Below, in pieces: positions 63,666 to 64,000 of a DNA stretch of 64,000 nt. Origin of the DNA: Octopus sinensis (taxonomy: Eukaryota); contig NC_042999.1 in assembly GCF_006345805.1 (NCBI RefSeq), positions 558,001 to 622,000 of the forward strand. The letters are read 5' to 3'. The notes under the pieces were generated by a model. The model ran no database searches. It worked only from the letters and a program-made list of their open reading frames with translations, and was not told the DNA's origin. Each line of letters opens with the position of its first letter. Position 1 is the stretch's first letter. The position numbers were made by a program, and so were the translations under genes.

Positions 63666-64000
63666 AGCATATACATGTATGTGCGTGTTTCTGTGAGTGT
63701 GCGTTTGTCTTCGTCAATGTTTGAATGTAATCAGTTTTTAAAGATTTTTCATGTCTCATTTTAATTTTACTCCGGAATAATAACTTTTCTATGTCTATTA
63801 AGACTGAAGACCGTTTCAACCTGATATTCTGCATTTATGTTAGCTTTGCTATATTTGATAACATTTGAAATGTATGGGATTTAACCTAAATAATACGAGG
63901 AAGCAGGTCTAAAGAATACCGTGGAGGACTCCATCTGTTGAAACATGCTGAGTCCTGTTACTCAGGAAGAATTTAATACACTACAATGGATTAGATGTTT

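Overview
AT-rich, repeat-dominated animal DNA, most likely intronic or intergenic cephalopod (Octopus-type) sequence; the species is inferred from the tRNA-derived SINE families and the microsatellite load. I could not recognise a host protein-coding gene, and nearly all ORFs in the supplied track are microsatellite read-throughs. The real content is transposon-derived. It includes two Penelope-like (GIY-YIG) retroelements (one with an uninterrupted 548-codon RT+EN frame), four tRNA-headed SINE families, RTE, CR1/L2-type and R4/Dong-type LINE ends, Tc1, mariner and DD37D maT elements, Helitron fossils and several foldbacks. The most notable signal is a set of type I hammerhead ribozyme motifs. 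They lie in both Penelope 3' terminal regions and in short, ORF-less elements embedded in (TA)n. One has a fully canonical core, one carries a U3-A8 covariant core, and one three-copy family shares a U6 core variant. Folds and alignments were done by eye, so element boundaries are approximate.
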